Origin: Pelomyxa schiedti | Lineage: Eukaryota > Protista > Evosea | Length of the DNA: 64,000 bases | Direction of reading: 5' to 3' | Assembly: GCA_020536535.1 (NCBI GenBank) | Contig: JAHLWZ010000004.1 | Coordinates: 402,870 to 466,869, forward strand | Part shown: one piece after another, positions 52,203 through 64,000 of the stretch | Layout: the number at the start of each line of letters is the position of its first letter | Numbering within the stretch: position 1 is the first letter of the stretch | Translations under genes and position numbers: made by a program | Notes under the pieces: generated by a model | The model's database searches: none | Told to the model about the DNA's origin: nothing | Seen by the model: only the letters and a program-made list of their open reading frames with translations

Positions 52203-53813
52203 ATGAGCGATGGAACAGTGAAAGGACTTCGGCAAGGGACCGTGAGCTCGGACGACCCAGATCTCCTGTTTACTGTGCAGGATGTAATAGGCAAGGGGTG
52301 CGTGAGCAACACGCCAGATGGTTACTGACTTCCCTTTATTTAATGTTAGGTCGTTTGGAGTTGTGTGTGCGTGCCGTAGCGTTGGGGGGGCCCTTGGGGC
52401 CAAGATCTACGCTGTTAAGTTCATCGCCCTTGGTTGTGATGGGACTGCAAATTCAATGTTACAAAAGGAAGTTGATGCCCTAAGAGAAATCGAGGGATGC
52501 CCTCATTGTGTGAGTGTTGCATTTTCACGGTGCTTATCTGACTTCAAAAACCCCACAAGGTTCAATACCATGGGTGTTACATGAAAGAAACAACTTTAAT
52601 GGTAGGTTTACATACCCCTTAATAAATTTTTATTCTTTGTTGTCTAGATTGTGATGGAATATTGTGATCTTGGCTCTCTTGTTGACATAATGAGCACTTG
52701 CCCTACCTTGGTTCTAACAGAGGATATAATCGCTGCAATTATTTCCAGAGTTCTGCAGGGACTGCTATTTCTGCATTCAAAACGCATTGTGCATAGAGAC
52801 GTGAGCCTACACATTATTACCTCACGATATCTCACAACATACAGGTGAAGGCACGTCAAACTGGCCTATCTTTTAATCTCATTTTCTTCATAGGCTGGAA
52901 ACATTTTACTGAATGCAGAGGGGCACCCCAAACTAGGTTTCCATGTTTTCTTTCTGGCAAAAACTAACTCCTTTTTTCAAAAGCGGATTGTATAATTCAC
53001 CTTTGTATCCTATTGTTTCATTCACAATGCTTCTACAGTTGGGGTTGCTGCCAAGTTAATTGATTCGCTGGCTAGAGCCAACACCTGTGTGGGTTCACCA
53101 TATTGGATGAGCCCAGAAGTGATGTAAACTACTTATTGACATTCGTTGCCTTGATTCCCTACAGAAAGAGCGTACCCTATTCCTTCAAAGCAGACATTTG
53201 GAGTCTCGGCATTACGTGCATTGAGATGGCTGATGGTAAGCCACCCTATGCCGAAATCTCCCCGTTCAGGGTTGTTCCACTTCTACATTCTAAGCAAAAC
53301 CCGAACATTCCAAATGACCTCTGAACTAACATCCATGCTTCAGGTAATTTTCATCATCACATCGAAGCCGCCACCCCAGCTCTCTAATCCGGGGAAGTGG
53401 TCACCAGAGTTCAACAACTTCATCGCCTCGTGCCTGGTACCAGACCCAAACGCCCGTCCCAGTTCCAAAGATTTACTCGAAGTGTGTAGAACGCCACCAA
53501 AGCATTCTTATTGCTTTCTTAACCCATACAGCATCCTTTCATTACCAAGGGAAACAACGTTCCTATGGACCGCCTCAAGGAACTTGCCACGCAATGCCTA
53601 CCAGCGATCATAGCACACAGGGAAGAGCTTGCAAGAGAGCCACCCAAACCCGATGATGTAAGTGTCAGTATGGCAATACAAGCCGCCACTCCCGGCACCC
53701 AAATACTACTCAAGTCGGAACCCACTGGCACCACGGTTATAACAGACGCCGCTGAGGAATCCGGCACCACTGTTTTTTCAAGCAGTGGAACCGCAGTCTA
53801 CAGTAAGTCTTGA
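52203..53813 (+). CDS. STE20/MST-like Ser/Thr kinase
   Basis: IGKGSFG, AVK, MEYCDLGS, HRDVKAGNILL, KLADFG, NTCVGSPYWMSPE, KADIWSLGITCIEMADGKPPY. Confidence 0.93.
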
Positions 53814-53883
53814 ATAGTTGAAGTTCTGACTTTTTTTTGTGGGGTTGCCTGCCCTCATTTCGATCAAACAAAAACACGAAAAA

Positions 53884-55607
53884 ATGAAGGTGACACGTGG
53901 GGCGATGTGGGGCTTGGCGTTAGTTGCCGGCTGTTGTATGAGATGGGTTGTTATCAACCAGTGGGATGTGTCACGTAGGCCAGAAATTGCCACTCCAGTC
54001 ACTGCATACCACAGAAGTAATCACTTTTTTTTTTTTGTTTTGTTAACAGGAATGAATAGTGATGGAGGGACTGTTCTTGATGCAAAGAGGGGAGTCACCG
54101 TATTTTGGCTGGGCGTTCCATCAAGCTCCGCTTCTGTTACCTGTGTTTGATTTGTTGAATAGTTGTCTACTTCCCCCATACTATTTTGTTGCCTTTCATC
54201 TAATGGTAACTTGACAAGAATGCGATGCTTTTTGGACCAAAGCTATCTTCTCTATCCTCGATTTACTGATTACAGTAATGCTTTACAAAGTAGCTACCTG
54301 GAGCCAGAAGCACATATTGTAAGGTTTTTCCATGGCAATTATTTGTTGTGGGGTTGCTTTGGGGGAGCATCTCTAACGATTGACAAGAACTGACAAGTCA
54401 AGTGGTGGCTTTGAGACAAGGGAGGATTTTCCAGATATCGTGGCTTTAATGTAAGCACACACTTTGCTTGCTAGCACTAACTTTTCCACTCTGAACTATA
54501 GTTACTTTTGTAGCCCTTTATCTGTTCTTGCTAGTGGTGGTCTTTCATTGGGCGTTTTTTCGAACTTTTTTGTAATCTCCTCCATCTTCATGGCAACACT
54601 TGGTATTTCTTATGGATTTATCTTCTGACCTAACTTTCAGGACTAGGCCCGTTCCCTCTTATAGCTGTAGCCTCACTTGCAGTATCCAGTTATCTAAGCT
54701 TGTATCCAGTTATTCTTCTCCCTGCTGTCCTATTATTACTGAGACCCGGCTTGGTAGGGCGTCATGTTTACTTATATTTCATTAAACTGAGCTGCAGGTC
54801 AAAACTTGTCTTTTGGTGATTTGGTATTTCCTTTTTACTGGAGCTCTCTTTGGCTTATCTCTGATGTATACTGGTTCCTGGGAGTTCCTTTCTGAAGTGT
54901 ATGGATTCATTTTTTGGGCAGAGGACCTTACACCGAATCTTGGCCTGTTTTGGTACCCTTAGTTCGTTATCCTGCTCCATTTCTCTTTGTGGACATAACC
55001 CACACAGGTACTTCTTCACTGAGATGTTTGTTCACTTCCGTGTATTTTTCACTTTTGTTTTCCAAGCAAATGTCGTCATCTATGTGGCCCCAATGACTAT
55101 TCGTCTCAGGTGAATTACACCATTAAGCTAAGTAAGGTAATTTGATGCAATTACAAGACGCTGGCCACTTCTGCTCCTATGGGCACTTCTGTCCGTAATC
55201 ACAATTTTCAAGTCATACCCATCTGTTGCTGATGATGCACTCCTTTTTGCCCTATTCCCACTCATTTGGACTTATGTTAGATGTAAGCCTTCCCAGATTC
55301 TCTTCAGCCTTGTACCAAACATCCTTTTCCCACAGATACCAGATATCTGGTTGGTGCTGGAATTGCATCAATATGCTTGGCTGTGCTTCTGCCAATTCTG
55401 TGGTCAATGTGGATCTATGAGGTTTTTCTTACTTCCTTTTTTTTTTCTTCTGATCAACCAAAGGGGACTGGAAATGCAAACTTTTATTACGGAGCTTGCC
55501 TTGGACATGCCATTGCCACTGTAATATTTGTTACTGATTGCCTTTCGGTAGCTCTTAAAACCCAATTTCTCCAAACACTAGCCGAGAACAAAACCAAAAA
55601 GGCCTGA
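53884..55607 (+). CDS. PIGU: GPI transamidase subunit PIG-U/Gab1
   Basis: RPEIATPVTAYHR, FHQAPLL, DLTPNLGLFWYFFTEMFVHFR, FKSYPSV, GTGNANFYY. Confidence 0.9.
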
Positions 55608-55671
55608 ACAACATACCCAATTTGTTTTTTCTTCTCCAAATCACAAACCCTACTTTCTTGTTCTGGCACCA

Positions 55672-57631
55672 TCAATGGCCACAAGGAGGAGTATTTGTTG
55701 TGGAGGTAGTTGGTGTTGATGTTGATGTGGTGGTTGTGATTGGTGGAGGGGTGTCCCCCATTACTGGCTTTGGTGTGAGGACAAGTTCTTTGCCTGTGAT
55801 GCGTTTGTACATATCCAAAACATCCTCTACTGTTGACTCAAAGTGTGTTGAGGGGTCATAGGACTTGCTAATAAATACACCGTCGGCCGTGCCATCAGCA
55901 ATCGGCGCGAAGGTATCCGTGAAGCTGAAAACTCTATTTATGGTGTATGGTCGCGTAAGCTTGGGATTGGCGAAAGTAGATTACTGTTCATCAACGGGAG
56001 CAAGAAGGGCCAATCCTGGTTCTAGTTCGTTCGCGGGATTTGGAGTTTCAACGGAAGCGGACACAATTGCAATCCACCGTCCTTTTGGGCACACAAAGTG
56101 GGCAGAAGACATCACAGAAATATAGATATCTAATGGAACAAGGTTAAACTCAAAGGATGGAAGAGAAAGGGGTTACCGGATTGTCTGCCTACTTGCCTCT
56201 GGGGGATGATAATTTGCGCGGAGTCCGCGTCTTCTGTATCTCTCACAGGGTGAGAGAGAAGGCAAATGGCCCTGACAACCTGACCAACTTTCTTCACCTT
56301 AGTAGGGAAGTATGAGGGGTCAGCAACCACAAACTTGCACCGTGTAATCTTAAGGAGTTTATCAAGTGATAGGAAAAATTATCCAATACGTACTATGTCC
56401 GGCTGTTCCGCGGACTGTATTCCAACAATTTTACCAGCCTCATATATGGCTTGACCAATGGGGGCATCTAAAATATAGGTCCCACCATGGACAGCACTCA
56501 CCCTATATGAGAGCTTGTGAACGTTATAATGATTAATGTCAACCAACCGGGCAAAGCATTGAGGTAGCTCCCCCAGACCATAAAGTGGATAGAGGTATGG
56601 GGACTTTGAGTAACAACTGTATGAATGCGTGTATAACTTCATTTTCCTTAGGGTCTCAATTGCAGGATGGTTGAGATACCTCATGTATTCTTAGGAGGAG
56701 GGGAATAGAAAATGAGAAATCACACTCACGTGTTATCACTGTGAAGTGCGAGTGCATGACCAAGAAATTCTATTGTGTCAGGCTCAAGGGAAAATTTTGC
56801 AAATAGAGCACTCATTGACACGTCTGTGAGAGCCGCATTTATTTGGAGATCATTTGCTGCAAAGAAATGTGAGGCACAAGGATATAAAAGAAAGGAAGTT
56901 ACAGTCGTGTGTAGTGGGGTCGTCTTCTTCATACCAGTGGAGGTACTCAAAAAATTTCTTACAGCGCCTCTTCTCAAAGAAACCCATCAATGGGGAACTA
57001 AGAGCCTCGATATCCGTAGCTGGAACTTTGTGAATCTTCCCTCCCCTAGGTTTACCCTCTTGAGCAAATGACAAACTATATACTCATACCTATAGACAAA
57101 GTTCGCGGCAATTGACTTGAACTCTATGTATCGCGATACTCCTGTGTGAAGTAGCATTTTAACAAGGAGACCTGTTACATGTTAAACGAGGTCACGAGGT
57201 ACTGATATGCGATATTTTTACCATTTGCCATTATAAACCTGGCCAATAAGTTGTTAAGTTAAATCTTAAATCATTACAAACAGTATCCCATTATCATTAG
57301 GCAACTTACTTTGGTACCAAGTCTATGCAATAGTCTCTGCTCCGTCCAAGTGACGCCGGGGGTGTACTACCACTACCCCTGAAATGTTCAAACAGTTGAT
57401 TGAGAGTCCAGGAGGCACAAGCACCGCCGTAGTAGGCATTCCTACATCATTCCACACTTCAGTCTCTAAGAACTAAAAAAAGAGAAGACTTGCTTTTTTG
57501 TTTAGCATGCCATGTCACACAACTCACCTGTCAAGGTGAAGCACCTTAAGGCCATCAATAGACAACAGTCCTGATAGAATGCACTCCTTCAGGCCCGTCC
57601 CCAACACAACAACGTCATAAACCTCGTTCAT
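55672..57631 (-). CDS. GDI1: Rab GDP-dissociation inhibitor
   Basis: [72 protein letters not shown]. Confidence 0.95.
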
Positions 57632-57948
57632 CCAACCGCCGGAATTTTGTGGTAATCATCACCCTGAGGAGTGATGGCCGAAGGATTAAGGGCAGTGCTA
57701 CCCCAGCTAAAACTGCTAGCTTTTAGCTAGAGGTTCAGCTAGGACTAAATCTCTTAGCTGCCCTCTCCAACACCAGCTAAAGATATTAGATCCTTTTGAT
57801 TCGAACCAAGATCTTCTGCACCTCTCCACAGTTGAGCTAGGTGACCAACCCACAGAGGGGTAGCCCGGGAACCCTTGGTGGTTCTGTTGGGGCTTGGGGT
57901 GTGGTCGTTGCTTTTTTTTGCCAACAAACAAATGGGGAAAAATGCTTG

Positions 57949-60261
57949 TCATTTTTTGGTATAACTAGTAATATAGCACATTTGCTTAATCACAACAAAA
58001 GAACCCTCTCAAAGAAGGGATCACTCTATCTTTCCGTTGTCGGCTGTAACGAATACCATATGCAAAATAAATTGCCAGTCCAACCACCATCCACAAGATG
58101 AGTCGCAGCCAGGCAGTGGCATCAAGCCCAGACTATTTTAGGTAATTGGTCAGCTAAAAAGAAGCGCACATGAATACATACAATTAAGAATAGGTTTACA
58201 CCAAGGCCAAGAAATGGTGTCAAAGGCATCAAAGGGCACAAGAAGGAGGCCTGCGGGGTGATCTTTGGCACAAACAACCACATAAGTGGGATTGGAGGCA
58301 GGGAACCAATCATCAATGGTATTGCGCAAGCCACGCAGCTAGAATAACAATGAGTTGGGAAAAGGGAGGGGAAAAAGTACTTGAAGTGGAGAAACAGGCA
58401 TCCCCCATAAAAGAGGGCAGTAAACCAAGCTATTAAAACAAGAGGTAGCCACCGTTTAGGCTGGTAGTGGTATCTCGTTAGAAGCACTCCAGCATTCACA
58501 AAAGAGAATGCAACTAATGTGCCGATAGATATGGTTTTGGAGAGAGTATCTAGGGAGGAAAGAAAAGCAACTATCGCGGTCACCACTCCTAAGGAATTCA
58601 TTGGCATTGTGAAAATTGAAAATGAGTGCGGGAATACCCGTGCAGATTATTCCCCATACAGGAGCACCTGTGACTGGAGAAAGATATCCAAACATGTTTG
58701 TAAGAAGTCCCTGCCAATGTAAGTGGTAAAAATTACCCTTTTGGGATATACATCGCGCGCTATTCGGAAGAAAATGCGACTCTGTCCAAGTAGAACAACA
58801 AAAACAGCAGCAGAGGTTCCAAATAAGGCGCCAAAGGAAACTATCTTAGCAGCCCAGTCCATTCCTACTAATTGAAAGGCAGTTGAGATGACTGTAGTGT
58901 CACCTAACTCTGTAAAAGGAGCCATTCCGGTAACCACGATGGATACGGCAACACTATTTTATCTGTTAATGGACAGTGAATTAAGCGAAGACACACTATA
59001 TCACACAAGATATCCCTAGGGTAGACATAATTCCAATTGGCAGATAAATGGGCCTCTTCACCTCTTCAGCGATGCATGTCACCTTTAGGACGAATCTAGT
59101 TAATACTTTGACATTAAAGGGGGAGTAATACGGCATCGAATCCAATGTAAGAGAAAAAGAGTTGACCAGCGGCACTGACAACTGCGTTTGCCCCATACGG
59201 GAAAAAAGAGTCATTGACAACTGTCCAGTTTGCAGGATCGACTTTGGTACTGCCTAACACCGGTGAGGAATGCCTCTAAAGTAAAGATAGTGAACCTGCA
59301 ATGACAACAAAGACGAGAACCAGAATGTTTAGGAAGGTAATCACCAAATTGAATATAGCGGAGTTCTTCACTCCCGAAGTCAGAATTGCTGTGCAAACCA
59401 GAATTACCAAGGCTGCTAATGGACTGCAGGACATATTTAGGACTTCGAGAGCGTCCACCCAAGCTGGGACCTAAGAAGTCAGGCGGAGAGAAGGTGGGAT
59501 AAATAACTCACAGATACGGAAAACTGCTCCAACATTGCTACGAAGTAATCCCCAAATGAACGAGCAACCACCGCAGCAGAAATGGCATACTCGAGCGTTA
59601 GGCTCCAACCAATCCTACAAAAGTATTCAATACTGGACATCTTTTTGGGGAAACAAACATCCAAGCTGTGAGCTCCCCAAATGTAGCATAGGAGTAAGTA
59701 TAGGCGCTCCCAGCCACTGGAACTCGTGCTGCAAATTCAGCATACACAAAAGCAGTAAGTAAGCCAGCTATACCGCCTAGTATAAATGACACAGCAATTC
59801 CAGGACCTGGCGAGTGGAATTAACCTAGTGTCCAATGCGCAAGGCAACCAGAAACTGACAACAATTTGTGCGTGTTAACCTGCACTCTTCGCAGCAATTC
59901 CCACAAGGGAGTAAATTCCAGCACCAACAGTAGCCCCCAATCCATACAAAATCACATCCAAAAGTCCTAGGCGCCTCTTCAGCGCCGGTTTTCCAGATCC
60001 ATGTTTAACATCGCGTTTCGCGCCGCCGCTTTCGCTTTCACTTCCGCTTCCGCTTCCGCTTTCCTCCCCCGTGATCTCAGAGGACAGATCTTCGCGAACG
60101 TGAGGCGCGCAACTTGCGTCAACCATGCCGACATCGAGGCCGTCGTCCTCCTGCGTGTCTCTTATGCACTGCTCTATGCTCTTTGTCCTCACCAATGCCT
60201 CGAGTGTGTAGGCAGAACGGCATCTCGTAGATCGTGACAACAGGGGTGTTGCCTCCCCCAT
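57949..60261 (-). CDS. Cationic amino acid transporter (APC superfamily)
   Basis: GLGATVGAGIY, YAEFAARVPVAGSAYTYSY, GWSLTLEY, AEEVKRP, GQSRIFF, SIGTLVAF, GLAIYFAYG; end approximate. Confidence 0.9.
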
Positions 60262-60385
60262 CCTCCCTGTGTTTTTTGATTTTTTTTGAAAATTCATTTC
60301 TCGCGTTTCTTCTTAGGCTTTGTGATGGAAAAGATCTTGAACATTACACGATTTCCGAAAAATCACATAGAACTTTGTGTGCGCA

Positions 60386-61812
60386 ATGGGCGACCACGCT
60401 AACGACGTCGGCAACAGTGCCGTGTCGGCAGCAACAGAATCTACATCTGCAGTTCCAGCCGACACGCGTCGCAGGAAACACGAGGAATTGGTTTCGAGAC
60501 TGTCTCTGCGAGAACGACCTGCAGTTTGTCACGCGAGGCAGGACGAGTCTTTTTTGTCCGAGTTCGCATCTTCGACAAAGCGTAAGTTTTTTTTCGCCAT
60601 TAAAAATGAAACCGTTAACCACAACAAAAACCAAAGACGTTGATGGCTTGTTGGATGGATTGATGGCTGCGACTGGTTACAAATTTGGCGCGGGAAATTT
60701 TGTTCTAACCTTTTTCAAGGCAAACAGACCTCCGATACTAGCCCTTCTCAAGTTATTGCCTCCGCCACAGCACAGATCGAACGGCTTCAATCTAGCCTGA
60801 ATAACTCGGCTTCCCTCCTCCCAGTGCATGACCTTCGAAGATCACAACAAGTTTAGCTCATTTCTGAGTTTACATTAGTCTTTACAACATTACAGACACT
60901 GGACCAGTTGCAATCAAAACTGTCCCTGGTTGCAAATAAAGTTACTCCACCAAAAGTTTTCTCGTTTAAGTCAAAGCCAGCATCAAGATTGCCCCCTCCG
61001 GTTATTTCACCTGTTGAGCCACTTGCAACAGTGACTTCTGTAACACCGTCCCCCAAAAATGGTAACCACAAAGCATAAGTTGAGTTGAGCCCAACTCTCT
61101 AGTTATTTAATCACCCTTATTCTAACTCTCTGAAGGTTTTTTTAATCTTGAAGGTCAAACTTTGCAACAAATTTCATCATGCTCCACAAATTGCAGGTTT
61201 TTTCCCCCATTCAAGTCTCATCTTACTTACCAGTGCAGACAAGATTTTTCTCTTGACAATTTAAAGAGGTGCAAGGTTTTTGTGTTACAGCAGTATGTTG
61301 CCCTGAGGATTGCATGTCTCCACAATTGTTGGGTATTTTGTGCACCAGTTGCTGGCAGTATCCATGTTGAAAACTGTTCCAACTGTGTTCTTTGCTTTGC
61401 GGGGCGTCAGGTCTCTGTTCACAGCCCTTTTTTCCTTACTCTTCTCACAACTAATCAAGATTCGCATCCATGGCACAACAAACTGTAAACTGTTTGTATT
61501 CGCCAAGACAAACCCCATCATTGAAAACTCCTCCCAACTTATTTTCGCACCCTATTGCTTTGACTTTGAAGGAAAGGAGGGACTGTTCAAGGCAGACATT
61601 CTCATTTCCTCACCTAAGCCATAAAGCTAACCATACAGCAGGCTTGTGAATTTGAAGAATCAGCCAATAGGTTTTCTTCAGTTGAGGACTTTAATTGGCT
61701 TGTGGGGGGACCATCCCCTAACTGGACAATTAGTGAAAGTCACACAACTGTAACCCACAACCCCACAAGCACCCCAGATGTTCCAATAGAAATAGAGCTT
61801 CCTGACCCCTGA
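60386..61812 (+). CDS. TBCC: Tubulin-binding cofactor C
   Basis: LPVHDLR, FSFKSK, APVAGSIHVENC, RQIRIHGT, PIIENSSQLIFAPY, VEDFNWL..SPNW. Confidence 0.9.
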
Positions 61813-62160
61813 ATTGTGGTTTAAATTTAGGACCGTTTGATCAAAAGAGCTCCAAACACCTCGTGTTTGGAGATGTAACTGGGGCACGGTGCTTGCGTTG
61901 AATTGGCGGAATTATAGATGTTTTTTTTTAAAGAGGAGAGAGGGTTGCCCCTCTCAATCACAAAAATACGTGATCAAAGCGCATTTGATGACGACCAGGA
62001 GCACGGTTGCTCATTAGTAAAAGGCGAATGACAAAAACGTTATGCGCCTGGCCCTGCGCCGGTAGTTGTTTTCCCCCTCTCCTCGCGCGTGTTTTATATC
62101 GAGTCTGCGTTCTAGCTTATGGGTTGTTCCGCGAAACAACCCAACGGAGATTGGTGTTTG

Positions 62161-63849
62161 TTACAAGTAATGGTAATCGTGGTAGTTGAGAACTTCCATG
62201 TGTATCACAGCCGGAACGGTTGTTCTTTCAATGCTGAGTATCTTGTAAACATTGTAACATGAGAGCAACACCTCGTTCTTTGGTGGGACTAGGTCCACAT
62301 AATCCTGTGCAGTCTTAATTGCTTTTCCAATTCCAGAACGCATGTGTAAGTGAGTGGTTGTGTTGGTATAAACTGGTGTCACTGTTGTTGGTGCAATGGG
62401 GAAGCCTGCTATAAATGTTGGAATGTAGAATTCCTGGGTTCCAATGTCCATGCAGGCCTGCAACTCCTTTTCTGTTAAGTCGATATTTGTCTGAACAACA
62501 CCTTCAATCAAAGCTCTCTCCAAACTTGCCAATCACATACTTTAGCTTGAGGTACACCTGCGAATGGTATCTTTGGGGATAGGGGCACAATCAATCAGCC
62601 CGGTGCAGAACCTTACATAATTCGGCCCTTTAGTGCGAACTGGGCACATTGCTTTGTACCTGCTTGAAATTAGAACTGTAAAAACCCTGTTTAGGGGGCA
62701 TACCCTACATGCGAACTGAATTTCAAGAGCAGAATTTCTCTATGGAAAATGCGGTAGTATATATATTCCAGCGTGTGGTCGTCTTCAAGAACTCGATCAC
62801 GGTGCATGAGATTATGATGTGGCAGGATTGTTATGTGTGCCCGATCATCTCTCTTCTCCTTGATTAACCCAATGAGGTCAGAGGGTTTGACATCCAAAGC
62901 AAGGGCCGTTTTCCTTGTCACTTTCATCGTTAACATTTAGAACCCAAGTGTTTTATGGTCCTGGAGCTCCTGTGCGCAGTAACAGAGGCACGGGCGATAC
63001 CAGCTTGTGCCCGTAACATTCTGACCCCTTGTAAGCACTTCAGCAACAGTGTCACTGCTCACTACCACCACTGCCACTTTGGGAGCAGTTAGGGTCGTGA
63101 TGTAGATACACATGGTTGCTGGAACGATATTAGGGGCAGTTGGTATAGCGGCTGAGGTAACGTTGATTGGTTCTGTTGTTACAAGGGAGTGACTGTTGTG
63201 CCAGTCATTGTGGAACTTATGGTAGTTGAGAACTTTCATATGAATACTTGCTGGCGTCGAAGATGCGTCAATGCTCTTTACTCTATAAACATTATAACAT
63301 GATAGCAGCACTTCATGCTCATGGGGATACCTTGTCCATTCTGGCTTAATTTCAATGGCAAACCCAACCCCTGAGTGCATGTGGAAGTGAATTGTGGTGT
63401 TTTTGTTCCCAAATGGTTTTGTTTTGGAAGCCGAGGTGAAGCTTGGGATGTAGAATTCCTTGGATCCCAGGTTCCTGTAAGCCTGCAGCTCCGCCGGCGT
63501 AAATTCAACGCCTCTGTGCACTAGGCCCTCATAACTCTTTCCAAACTTCCCAAAAGTACTTGAGCTGGCGAATGTATTCACGATGTTCTGTGAGACCCTC
63601 TCTGCTATCTGGTGCAAGTGCCAGGTTCACCTTGGAGCAGAACCAGTCCTGCCCTGATGTACTTCCTTTCTCGGCCGCGGTGCTGCATCCCCTTCGTAGT
63701 CGTAAACGACAAAGGGAAAAAAAGCCTTTGTGGAAGTAGTCGTCGACACGTACCCCCCTCGCAAACGGATATGCAGCCACAATATACTTGTCCCGTGAAG
63801 TACCCACAAAGCACTGCTCTTCTCTAGTACCCCGACTTTTGATAACCAC
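62161..63849 (-). pseudogene. Decayed R-S-E clade ADP-ribosyltransferase gene: ART - Ubl - Ubl - degenerate ART, with several frameshifts
   Basis: ART1: VHRG, SFTSAS, EHEVLL; ubiquitin-like VVVSSDTVAEV..LQDHKTLGF and LDVKPSDLIGLIKEK..LEDDHTL; second ART copy; frameshifts near 63553, 62938 and 62512. Confidence 0.7.
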
Positions 63850-64000
63850 TGTAATTTTGTTGAAAAACGGAAACCGTTCTTTCTTTGTCGGGGTACTAGA
63901 GAAGAGCAGTGCTTTGTGGGTACTTCACGGGACAAGTATATTGTGGCTGCATATCCGTTTGCGAGGGGGGTACGTGTCGACGACTACTTCCACAAAGGCT
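63723..64000. repeat. Perfect inverted repeat: arms 63723-63836 and 63887-64000 (at least 114 bp, runs off the window), 50 bp spacer
   Basis: Base-by-base reverse complement of the two arms. Confidence 0.95.

Noticed and set aside
13904-57631. Apparent cluster of Ras, Rab, Rho and GDI genes
   Set aside because: Dispersed and unlinked; expected from the large GTPase families of amoebae
1-64000. tRNA, rRNA, transposase or CRISPR features; alternative genetic code
   Set aside because: None recognised; stops within conserved genes are explained by short introns under the standard code

Overview
Gene-dense eukaryotic DNA with many short spliceosomal introns (mostly about 30-60 nt, degenerate donors, a few GC-AG, several 6-25 nt micro-exons). 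The gene set points to an amoebozoan, probably an archamoeba; this is inference only, from a cAR-like GPCR, a protist GH25 lysozyme, an Entamoeba-TMK-like kinase module and many small GTPases. About 28 protein-coding loci can be recognised. Housekeeping genes include GABA-T, PAP2, NAA10, THADA, Hsp70, Ras, Rho, two Rabs, GDI, GFAT, eS7, PIG-U, TBCC, a CAT transporter and kinases. The standout is a ~6.2 kb multi-exon gene (19689-25920) that splices into one frame: PARP (H-Y-E) + VIT + vWA + R-SNARE motif + an intron-split prokaryotic-type CFI-box-CTERM domain + a C-terminal tail anchor. Other notable items: a GFAT with a perfect PTS2-like nonapeptide upstream of its catalytic Cys, an olfactomedin-domain gene without signal peptide, an intron-rich DUF1848 (prokaryotic radical-SAM-like) gene, a tail-anchored pseudo-MsrB, and a decayed ART-Ubl-Ubl-ART locus whose 5' end sits in a perfect inverted repeat running off the window. 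Exon boundaries were read by eye and are approximate.
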